DNA of 64,000 nt, taken from NCBI GenBank assembly GCA_016649875.1, contig JAENWW010000002.1:84851-148850 (forward strand), given 5' to 3'. The first letter of the stretch is position 1. Every line of letters begins with the position of its first letter. A program made the translations under genes and the position numbers. Origin of the DNA: Coriobacteriia bacterium (GTDB taxonomy: Bacteria > Actinomycetota > Coriobacteriia > WRKU01 > JAENWW01). Positions 1 to 8,170 of the stretch are shown one piece after another. The notes beneath the pieces were generated by a model. It ran no database searches and was not told where the DNA came from. It worked only from the letters and a program-made list of their open reading frames with translations.

Positions 1-354
1 CGCGTCTACGATTTTTCTGACAGTACTGAAATCAATGACCTTCTGTTTGTCGTCGACCTCATTATCTCCGACTATTCGTCGCTGGTTTTCGAGGCGTCGC
101 TGCTTGAAATCCCGATGATTTTCTATGTTTTCGATTACGTGAAGTACGTTCGCGAACGTGACTTCTACTTTGATCTGGATATTTACGCGCCGGGCAAATT
201 GGTGACGAAACAACACGACATCGTGACGGCCATCAAGAATAAGGATTTTGCCGTTGAGAAGATCAAGCCGTTTGCAGAGATGTTCTTTGATCGCCGTGAT
301 GGTAAATCAACGCAAGCCGTGGTCGATCTTATCTACAAGGCGTTGCATGAATAA
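1..354 (+). CDS. CDP-glycerol glycerophosphotransferase family protein (TagF/TagB-like), 5'-truncated by the window edge; C-terminal part only
   Basis: Frame-1 translation from nt 1 reads ...DYSSLVFEASLLEIPMIFYVFDY..., the typical C-terminal region of TagF-like glycerophosphotransferases. Stop TAA at 352-354. Confidence 0.6.
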   Translation, partial: RVYDFSDSTEINDLLFVVDLIISDYSSLVFEASLLEIPMIFYVFDYVKYVRERDFYFDLDIYAPGKLVTKQHDIVTAIKNKDFAVEKIKPFAEMFFDRRDGKSTQAVVDLIYKALHE

Positions 355-1507
355 GCCTGTCTTCATAGAAAAGCTCAAACGGCTCTGTCCGCCGGCGATT
401 TTCCGTCAGTTACAGCGCTTCGAGAACCGCCGTAACATCGCGTGTTATCGAAAGTTCTCGAAAGACGGTATTCGGGAAAACAAGGTTGTTTTTCTTTCGC
501 AAACGCGTGACGAGCTCGACGGCAATTTTCGCTTCATCAACAAGGCGCTTAAAAGCACATCGCTCAAGGCGACAGTCCTTCTCAAAAGCGACCATCGGGA
601 CATGGAAAACGTCATGCGGCAAGTGGCGCATGCCCACTATGTGATCGTTGACGATTTTGTCCGGTATATGTATACGTTGCCGCTTAATCCTCAGAGCAAA
701 TTCATCCAGGTGTGGCATTCAGCCGGCGCTTTTAAGCGCATGGGATTTGCCCGTATGGAGCATGAGGGCTCCACCATCAGAGGCTCGCTGACACATCGCA
801 ATTACACCGATGTCATTGTGAGCTCAGAGGGTGTTGTCGACAATTTCGCCGAGGCGTTCGGCATTGACCGTCAGCGTATACATCCAATCGGGGTTCCTCG
901 TACCGACATATTCTTTGATGAGAAGTACAAACAGCGAAAGCGTGATGAACTGCGCCAAAAGTGTGGCATAAAAGACGGCCGGAAAACCGTGTTGTTCGCG
1001 CCGACATATCGGGGAAACGATGTTAACTCGGCTTACTATCCGAACGGGTTCATTGATTTCAACGCTTTGGCACAGGCTCTCGGTTCTGACTACGTCATCG
1101 TGATCAAGTTCCACCCCTTTATCAAACAGGATGTACACATTCAGCAAGAAAATGAGCACAGGATAATCGATATGTCGGAAATTCGGGAGATCAACGATCT
1201 GCTCTTTATGGCCGACGTGCTTATAACGGATTACTCTTCGGTGATATTTGAATATGCGCTCTTAAACAAGCCGGTGATTTTTTATACTCCCGATAGGGAG
1301 GAATACACGCGCAAGCGAGACTTCTTCTATAATTTTTCAACATACTGTTATGGGCCAGTTGTCACTTCGCAAGAAGGGCTTGCCGAAGCGATTCTGAACC
1401 CTTCTTTTGATTTCGCTCTCAATATGGGGGGGTTCATCCAAAAGTTTTTAAGTGCGTGTGACGGACACAGTACCACACGTTTTGTCGACGAGATATTGGA
1501 AAGATAG
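347..1507 (+). CDS. CDP-glycerol glycerophosphotransferase family protein (TagF-like)
   Basis: The ORF contains FIQVWHSAGAFKRMGF and the C-terminal DYSSVIFEYALLNKPVIFY motifs of the TagF family. The likely start is ATG at 347 (MNKPVFIEKL), overlapping the upstream stop. Confidence 0.7.
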   Translation: MNKPVFIEKLKRLCPPAIFRQLQRFENRRNIACYRKFSKDGIRENKVVFLSQTRDELDGNFRFINKALKSTSLKATVLLKSDHRDMENVMRQVAHAHYVIVDDFVRYMYTLPLNPQSKFIQVWHSAGAFKRMGFARMEHEGSTIRGSLTHRNYTDVIVSSEGVVDNFAEAFGIDRQRIHPIGVPRTDIFFDEKYKQRKRDELRQKCGIKDGRKTVLFAPTYRGNDVNSAYYPNGFIDFNALAQALGSDYVIVIKFHPFIKQDVHIQQENEHRIIDMSEIREINDLLFMADVLITDYSSVIFEYALLNKPVIFYTPDREEYTRKRDFFYNFSTYCYGPVVTSQEGLAEAILNPSFDFALNMGGFIQKFLSACDGHSTTRFVDEILER

Positions 1508-1521
1508 GAATGCCAGACGCT

Positions 1522-2685
1522 TTACGTGCTTTGTTTCCTCTCACCGTCGGCGAGAGGAAACTCACTGAGAATCGCTTCGCATGTATGCCCCTTTGAATAA
1601 GTGCAAAAGCGCGCAGCGAATGCGCGGTATTCTGTCTGTGCCAGTTCGGGCATTCTTGTATTGATATGCGTCTCTTTGATGGCATCGCTCAGCTCGTCGG
1701 TGGTGCGGCAATTGGCGCCGGGAATATCGCGCAGGTAATCGATGTAGAATCCGTTCTGCTTAAGGTAGTCTTTCAGATCTCCGCAAATCTTGAAGAGCGG
1801 CATGCCGAGGAGCGCCGCTTCAAACAGCACCGAGCTGTAGTCGGTGATTAGTCCGTCAAACGCGGGAAGATACACGTTTAAATCATTTTTAGATGAGAGT
1901 ACGGCATCAAAATGTGTATCGGGTGATTCCTTTATCACGGTGTGCGGCTTGTATACGACGGCGTAATTTGAACCGAGAGCATTCTTCAGACTTTCGACAT
2001 TAAATGTCTGAGCTGCAGACTTATCCGCGCTGAATCCGCGAAAAGTCGGTGCGAAGAGCAATAAGATCTTTCCTGCCAATCCAGGGTGTTCGGTCAATAA
2101 GAGCGTGCGTGCCTTCTGTCGCGCATCGGGCGCGAGCAATGTGTCCGTCCGAGGGCTGCCGAGACCAAGAATCCTGTCTTCGCTTATTCCAAACGCCGTG
2201 GCATAAGCCTGGCGTGTAGGTTCCGAGTCGGCAATGACGAAGTCATAGCCCCTGTGCAGGAATCTGTTCTCAACCTTGCGTTCTTCGACGGGCGTGTCGA
2301 GCCCGAACTTCTTGAGCGCGCCGGTCGCGTGCCAGACCTGGATGACCTTCGTCTTCTTTCTATGGGGGATTACGTGAACAGGGAAGAGCGCGTTATCGAT
2401 AAAAAAGTAGTGCGCGGTTTTAAGGTGATACGTCGTTTTGACCAGCGAGAAAAGATACGAGATTTTTCCCCACAGTCCGTACGAATAGGTGCGAAACAGA
2501 ATGACGTTTTTGCCGTCGGGGTAGCGCTTTTTATAGGCGGTCAGCAGCGCCGCCAAGTTGCCCGTCGGCTTGTTATCACGCGCCGAGGCAAAGACGACCT
2601 TTTGTTCGTCAACGGGGAAAAGCGAGAAGAAGAGCCCGCAGACTGATAAAAATGTAATTGATAAATAATATTCAATGATGTTCAT
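1522..2685 (-). CDS. CDP-glycerol glycerophosphotransferase family protein (TagF-like), third paralog
   Basis: Minus-strand 387-aa ORF with an N-terminal TM segment, KVIQVWHATGALKKFG and C-terminal DYSSVLFEAALLGMPLF motifs. Divergent from typA. Confidence 0.7.
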   Translation of the reverse strand: MNIIEYYLSITFLSVCGLFFSLFPVDEQKVVFASARDNKPTGNLAALLTAYKKRYPDGKNVILFRTYSYGLWGKISYLFSLVKTTYHLKTAHYFFIDNALFPVHVIPHRKKTKVIQVWHATGALKKFGLDTPVEERKVENRFLHRGYDFVIADSEPTRQAYATAFGISEDRILGLGSPRTDTLLAPDARQKARTLLLTEHPGLAGKILLLFAPTFRGFSADKSAAQTFNVESLKNALGSNYAVVYKPHTVIKESPDTHFDAVLSSKNDLNVYLPAFDGLITDYSSVLFEAALLGMPLFKICGDLKDYLKQNGFYIDYLRDIPGANCRTTDELSDAIKETHINTRMPELAQTEYRAFAARFCTYSKGHTCEAILSEFPLADGERKQST

Positions 2686-2981
2686 AAGTAACTTTCAATC
2701 GGGTACCAGATAAGTCTATCCTACCGTATTTCTGAAGGCGAGAATCATACATGTATGGTTGCCGGCCCTCGCTCGGCATACGCCGCATCTTCGACCATCA
2801 CGATAAACGCCATCGGTGACATCGCGTTCACGGGCGGCAGCCGTGTTTAAGCCTTAACACGTAATATCGAGCCCGATTTAAGTTTTTACTCAAAGTCGAG
2901 TATGATGGTATGTCCGTGAAATTTGCGCAGATGTGATGCGCATCTTATTTTTCCCTATCGGTGAGAAGGTACTAGTTTTTT

Positions 2982-4802
2982 ATGAAGCAAAACGACATCA
3001 GAAATATTGCAATCATCGCGCACGTCGACCACGGAAAAACAACGCTGGTCGACCGTCTGCTGCAGGCCACGCACGTATTTCGCGAGAACCAAGAAGTGGC
3101 TGAACGTGTGCTCGACTCCAACGACCAAGAGCGCGAGCGCGGTATCACTATCCTCGCGAAGAACTTTTCGATTCGCTACAAAGACGTAAAGATAAATGTC
3201 ATCGATACCCCGGGTCACGCGGATTTCGGGGGAGAAGTCGAGCGTGTATTGAAGATGGCCGACGGCTGTCTCCTCATCGTGGATGCATTCGACGGACCGA
3301 TGCCACAAACACGGTTCGTGCTGAAAAAGGCTCTTGAGAACAAACTCAAGCCGATGGTCGTCATTAACAAAATCGATAGGCCGGGTGCTCGTCCCCATGA
3401 AGTTCTCGACGAGGTGTTCGAGCTCATGCTCGAACTCGGCGCTAACGATTCACAACTTGATTTTCCCGTGATTTACACAAGTGCGGTCAACGGGTATTCG
3501 CGCGTCGAACCCGACGACGGCAATATGGATATGGTTCCTTTGCTCGATGCGATTCTCGAGTACATCCCGGCACCGGATGTCGATATCAACGGTCCGCTCG
3601 CTTTGCAGGTGTGCAAAATCGATTATTCGAGTTATGTCGGACGTATCGGAATCGGACGTTTGTTCTCCGGCACGATTCACGACGGCGAAAAAGTGCTCGT
3701 CATCAAAAATGACGGTACCCGCTATGACGGAAATGTGAAGAAACTCTACACCTTCGAAGCGCTCGGCCGCGTCGAGGCGGAAGAGGCACATGCCGGCGAT
3801 ATCGTCGCCGTCGTCGGAGTCGAGGGAATCGACATCGGTGATATGTTCACTTCGAGTGAGCATCCGATTCAGCTCGACCCGATTCATGTCGAAGAGCCGA
3901 CGATGTCGGTCGTCTTCGAGCCCTCGACAAGCCCCCTTGTCGGACAAGAAGGTTCGATTGTCGGAGGTCGTCAGATAAAAGAGCGTCTCATGCACGAGGC
4001 CGAATCCAACATCTCCATGCGTATCACGGAGACCGAAGACAAAACCGGCATGGAAGTCGCCGGACGCGGCGTTTTGCATATCACCGTTTTAATGGAGACC
4101 ATGCGCCGCGAAGGTTATGAATTTCAGGTCGGACGTCCTCGCGTCATCATCAAACAGGATGAACACGGCAAGAAGATCGAACCGATTGAGCTCGCCGTCG
4201 TCGATGTACCGAGCGATTTGGCCGGTAAAGTCATCGAGATTTTCGGTGCGAAGGGTGGCGAGATGTTGGATATGGTGCAGCGTGATAATCAGGTTCACCT
4301 CGAGTTTAAAATCGCTTCCCGAGGCGTCATGGGGTTGCGAACCCGTATTCTCAACGCCACGCGCGGTGAGGCGACTCTGTTCCACCATTTTGCAGAGTAC
4401 GGTTCGTACCGAGGAGATCTCAGCGGTCGTATGAACGGCTCCCTCATCGCCATGTCGAATGAAAAGGCCGTTGCCTATGCGCTCGATTCTCTTCAACAGC
4501 GCGGTTCGATGTTCGTAAAACCGGGCGATGTCTGTTATGAAGGGATGATCGTCGGCGAGCACTCGAAGTCCGGCGATATGGTCGTAAACGTAGCGAAGGC
4601 AAAGCAACTGACCAACATGCGTACCTCCTCGGCCGATAAAGGAATCATTCTCGAGCCTCCGATGACCTTCACTTTGGAAGAGGCGCTCGAATATATTGAA
4701 GATGGCGAGCTTGTCGAAGTAACACCGAAGAGCATTCGTCTGCGCAAGCGACTTCTCAACGAGAAAGATCGCAAGAAAGGTCATGCGGGTATGGGCAGAT
4801 AA
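2982..4802 (+). CDS. typA: Translational GTPase TypA/BipA
   Basis: 606 aa. N-terminus [27 protein letters not shown] (G1 motif), DTPGHADFGGEVER, and an EF-G-like domain organisation. Confidence 0.9.
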   Translation: MKQNDIRNIAIIAHVDHGKTTLVDRLLQATHVFRENQEVAERVLDSNDQERERGITILAKNFSIRYKDVKINVIDTPGHADFGGEVERVLKMADGCLLIVDAFDGPMPQTRFVLKKALENKLKPMVVINKIDRPGARPHEVLDEVFELMLELGANDSQLDFPVIYTSAVNGYSRVEPDDGNMDMVPLLDAILEYIPAPDVDINGPLALQVCKIDYSSYVGRIGIGRLFSGTIHDGEKVLVIKNDGTRYDGNVKKLYTFEALGRVEAEEAHAGDIVAVVGVEGIDIGDMFTSSEHPIQLDPIHVEEPTMSVVFEPSTSPLVGQEGSIVGGRQIKERLMHEAESNISMRITETEDKTGMEVAGRGVLHITVLMETMRREGYEFQVGRPRVIIKQDEHGKKIEPIELAVVDVPSDLAGKVIEIFGAKGGEMLDMVQRDNQVHLEFKIASRGVMGLRTRILNATRGEATLFHHFAEYGSYRGDLSGRMNGSLIAMSNEKAVAYALDSLQQRGSMFVKPGDVCYEGMIVGEHSKSGDMVVNVAKAKQLTNMRTSSADKGIILEPPMTFTLEEALEYIEDGELVEVTPKSIRLRKRLLNEKDRKKGHAGMGR

Positions 4803-4937
4803 AAATATCGCCCGTTCTAGTCAGAACTTACGAATGCTTTTCGACATTCGTAAAGATTCGGTGAATTTGAGCAACCAAACGATGACAAAGCGTCCCGGTA
4901 ATTTAAGGGTCCCTTTTCTTGTGCGTACAATGAGGTC

Positions 4938-6821
4938 ATGAAGCGCAAAAAGACATTTTCATTCTTAATCGCCGCGGCCATATTGGCTCTGCTGTTCGTC
5001 GTCGTTTACTCAGTGCGCGATATCGTGCCGGAGAATCAACAGAAAGACGATCTCCTCGGAGTCGCGCGTTCTGCGGAGGCTACGCAATCCGATGCGGCCT
5101 CTTCGGTCGCATCCGCCGAGGCATCCTCCTCCGCGGCGAGTGATTCATCTAAAAGCACCGGGTTTATGACCACACTCGAAGAAAGTGACATCACTTCTGC
5201 GACGTTGTCTTCGGGTGACGGATTCTCCACGTGGATAGCACAGCCGACGACGGTGACGCTTCAGACACCGTCATGGGCGACGACGACGACATATCGTCTC
5301 GACGACGGCAACGATTCGAACTATGTGACACCGATTGCGTTCAACTCCGAAGGCAAACATTCGCTCTATTATCAATCGACGAGTGATCGACAAGTCGAAA
5401 CGCTTCAGGCGCAAGAGGTTTGGATTGATTTCACACCCCCGAGCATGCCGGGAAAAGTCGTTTTCAGCGAGCCTGCGAGTGATGGATTTTCATGTGCTTT
5501 CGGTGAGTCGACGGATGCAGTTTCAGGCATAAAAAGCTATGAAGTCACGGTCACTCCCGAAGGTGATGAGACCGCGGCAACCTTCAGCAAAGAATTCGAC
5601 GGCCCCAACGGCGTCGTGACCGGCCTGAAGGCGGGACGATATGTGCTCGGTATCACGGCGGTCGATTTTGCGGGAAATCGCTCCACGACGCAGACGATGC
5701 CGGTTGCAGTGGGGCTTCCCGCACCGATTCTTACTTGTAAGTTCGACGATTCGAATGTGGCAAACGATGTCGCGCTCGGTAAATGGATCACTTCGGATGC
5801 AGGTGTTCGTATGATTGTGTCGATCGAGTCGTCGGCTCCTGCGGTCACATTGAAAAATACGACGCTTGCGGGCTCGCTCGAGACAACGGAAGCGACTCAG
5901 ACTTCTTACGGTGCGATTCCGCTTGCTTTTATCGATGAGGGCAGCGGGAAAGTCGTGATTTCAGCGACGGACATGTACGGTAACGATTCAATAGAAACAA
6001 GTTTTACGCTCAATATCGATCACACCCCGCCCAGTCGAGTAAGTATCGTAAAGGCGAGCGTCGAACCTGCGGTATCCGATTCCTCTCAGAAAAATTTGAA
6101 GATTTCATGGCAAAGTTCGGGCGATGCGGTATCGGGCGTGAAAGGCTACCATATTCGTATTGTTCGGAAAGACTCGGGATTTTCGGGAACGCGCGAAATA
6201 TTCGTCATGGGCGCGAATTACACGGCGACGGATGTGGAAGACGGAACATATGCGGTGACCGTGACCGCCGAAGACAACGCAGGTCTCATCGGCACGGGGG
6301 TTACCGTCCAATCGAGCTTCGGTCGAAACGATGTTGCTGAAAACAGTTCAGGGGCATCCGCCGGTGCGAGCGCATCGAGCACAAAGAAAGATAGCAGTTC
6401 GGATTCTTCCGGCGGCGGTGCGAGCGCATCGAGCACAAAGAAAGATAGCAGTTCAGGGGCATCCGCCGGTGCGAGCGCATCGAGCACAAAGAAAGATAGC
6501 ATTTCGGATTCTTTCGGCGTCGGTACGAGCGCATCGAGCACAAAGAACGAGAGCAGTTCGGATTCTTCCGGCGGCGGTGCGAGCGCCTCTGCGAAAGCGA
6601 GCGCCGGCATCGCTGGACGGATTGCGACCACAACGCAGGCGATGATGAAAGCGATGTGGGACGCATTGCCCCAATCGCTTACAAAAGACTGGCGTCTGTG
6701 GATTATCGGTGCCCTCGGATTCTTATTGGCAGTCTCTTTGATGACGTATTATTTCGTGTCGAAACATCGATTTGCTCGTAAAGAAAAGCCTCAGCCGGTG
6801 TCTTCTTCCGTGTCGGCGTGA
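4938..6821 (+). CDS. Cell-surface protein with N-terminal signal/TM segment, Ig/fibronectin-like central region, Ser/Gly/Ala-rich tandem repeats and a C-terminal TM anchor
   Basis: N-terminus MKRKKTFSFLIAAAILALLFVVVYSV. Central beta-rich region. Repeats ASASSTKKDSSSDSSGGG x4-5. C-terminal WRLWIIGALGFLLAVSLMTYYFVSKHRFARKEK hydrophobic anchor plus a basic tail. No LPXTG motif seen. Confidence 0.6.
   Translation: MKRKKTFSFLIAAAILALLFVVVYSVRDIVPENQQKDDLLGVARSAEATQSDAASSVASAEASSSAASDSSKSTGFMTTLEESDITSATLSSGDGFSTWIAQPTTVTLQTPSWATTTTYRLDDGNDSNYVTPIAFNSEGKHSLYYQSTSDRQVETLQAQEVWIDFTPPSMPGKVVFSEPASDGFSCAFGESTDAVSGIKSYEVTVTPEGDETAATFSKEFDGPNGVVTGLKAGRYVLGITAVDFAGNRSTTQTMPVAVGLPAPILTCKFDDSNVANDVALGKWITSDAGVRMIVSIESSAPAVTLKNTTLAGSLETTEATQTSYGAIPLAFIDEGSGKVVISATDMYGNDSIETSFTLNIDHTPPSRVSIVKASVEPAVSDSSQKNLKISWQSSGDAVSGVKGYHIRIVRKDSGFSGTREIFVMGANYTATDVEDGTYAVTVTAEDNAGLIGTGVTVQSSFGRNDVAENSSGASAGASASSTKKDSSSDSSGGGASASSTKKDSSSGASAGASASSTKKDSISDSFGVGTSASSTKNESSSDSSGGGASASAKASAGIAGRIATTTQAMMKAMWDALPQSLTKDWRLWIIGALGFLLAVSLMTYYFVSKHRFARKEKPQPVSSSVSA
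6352..6596 (+). repeat. In-frame 54-nt tandem repeat array (4-5 imperfect copies) inside the surface-protein gene
   Basis: Direct repetition of gcgagcgcatcgagcacaaagaaagatagcagttcggattcttccggcggcggt with small variants. It produces many spurious antisense ORFs (6218..6674). Confidence 0.65.
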
Positions 6822-6854
6822 GGCTTTTCCTGAATATCTCAAAATAGATTGAGC

Positions 6855-8024
6855 TTAACTGCAACTTCCCTGGCAAGGAATCGCCTTGTCTGAATAGGCG
6901 GTCGGTATTTTACGTTCGCTTGGGTGAAGTATGCACGATATATCTTCTTCCATGGTGTCGCCTGTGCGCTGCCAGGCCTTGACGCGGCAGCCGCGGCAGA
7001 TGCGACTGTATTCGCACTTCTCGGGGGCGCACTGCCCCTTGGATTCTTGGGTATCGATTTCAAAGAGGCGAGAGGTCGCTTCGGCAAAAGAAATCTCTCG
7101 GATATTTCCAACGGTCCAATCTTGGGCGAACTGACAGGCCATGACTCCGCCCTCGGAATTGATGGTCATATGTCCTTTTCCGACGGGGCACGCGGAGAAG
7201 ATTTGGAGACGTTCGAGTCCCTTATGGACATCGATTCCTTGTTCGATGAATTTTTCCGCGATGTAGGGGATGACCGAGGGGATGGCGCCGATGTCATAAT
7301 CCAAATCGTTGCCGGGCTTTTGGATGTCTTCGACGATGAAATCGCACAATTCGCGCCACTGTTCAGTGGTCACACGCATGTCCTCTTCGCCCTCCGAACG
7401 CCCCGACGTGATGAGGTCACAGATGTAAATCATGCCGCAATCGAGATCTTTGCACATCTGGATGATATCGAAAATATAGTTCCATGTTTCCTTGGTGAGC
7501 GCGGTCTTGAGTACGACGCCGACATCGTTTTTCCGAAGAGTCTTGATGGCGCTCATTACTCTTGCGTGCGTTCCCGGCACGCCGACCATGTCATCATGGA
7601 ATTTTTCCGGACCGTACATCGAAGTCGCCACCCAACGTACCCCGTTTTCCTTGAGTCGTTTGGCGCTTTTCTCGTCGATGAAGGTACAGTTCGTCGAAAT
7701 GGTGGGACGGACACCGGTGGCTGCGACCGCCTCGAGAATCTCCCAAAAGTTTTCGCGCATCATCGGCTCGCCGCCGCTCAAAAACGCGACCGGGACCTTC
7801 GCCTCGCTCATACGCTTCACGAGGTCTATGCATTCGGCGTCGGTTAGCTGGTCGGGAAGCGTGTGGGCATCGGCGGCCATATAGCAGTGATTGCATTTGA
7901 GATTGCAGCGATTGGTGATGTTCCAAATCAAACTGCTGGGACGGCCGAGCTTGACCGCCTGAAGCGCCTTGTTTTCCGATTCGGACGCGGCACCTTCAAA
8001 AAATAATGAGCGAACGTGAGCCAT
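6855..8024 (-). CDS. Radical SAM enzyme with C-terminal SPASM-like Cys-rich domain (peptide/protein maturase-like)
   Basis: CNLKCNHCY matches the CxxxCxxC radical SAM cluster motif, followed by a GGEP motif. The C-terminus carries multiple Cys clusters (CQFAQDW...CAPEKCEYSRICRGCRVK...C..C), typical of SPASM/twitch domains. The likely start is ATG at 8024 (MAHVRSL), preceded by AGGAGG. Confidence 0.7.
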   Translation of the reverse strand: MAHVRSLFFEGAASESENKALQAVKLGRPSSLIWNITNRCNLKCNHCYMAADAHTLPDQLTDAECIDLVKRMSEAKVPVAFLSGGEPMMRENFWEILEAVAATGVRPTISTNCTFIDEKSAKRLKENGVRWVATSMYGPEKFHDDMVGVPGTHARVMSAIKTLRKNDVGVVLKTALTKETWNYIFDIIQMCKDLDCGMIYICDLITSGRSEGEEDMRVTTEQWRELCDFIVEDIQKPGNDLDYDIGAIPSVIPYIAEKFIEQGIDVHKGLERLQIFSACPVGKGHMTINSEGGVMACQFAQDWTVGNIREISFAEATSRLFEIDTQESKGQCAPEKCEYSRICRGCRVKAWQRTGDTMEEDISCILHPSERKIPTAYSDKAIPCQGSCS

Positions 8025-8170
8025 GGCTCCTCCTAAACGATTCAAAACATATATGAGATAAGTGTACATGCATCGTCTGAAATGGTGGAGCTCTTGTAAC
8101 AACTGTGTTTGAAAGTACTTACCTTGTACCTTGTATTTTTGGTATTATTACAAGGTAGGAGGAAATAAAA

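Noticed and set aside
3450-4784. Long antisense ORFs (209 aa, 231 aa) opposite typA
   Set aside because: They lie opposite a highly conserved GTPase gene and have no motifs.
6218-6674. Several 70-137-aa ORFs on both strands (6218..6631, 6301..6666, 6331..6645, 6453..6674)
   Set aside because: They are artefacts of the tandem repeat inside the surface-protein gene. The repeats were also checked as a possible CRISPR array and rejected, because there are no unique spacers and the units are in-frame coding repeats.
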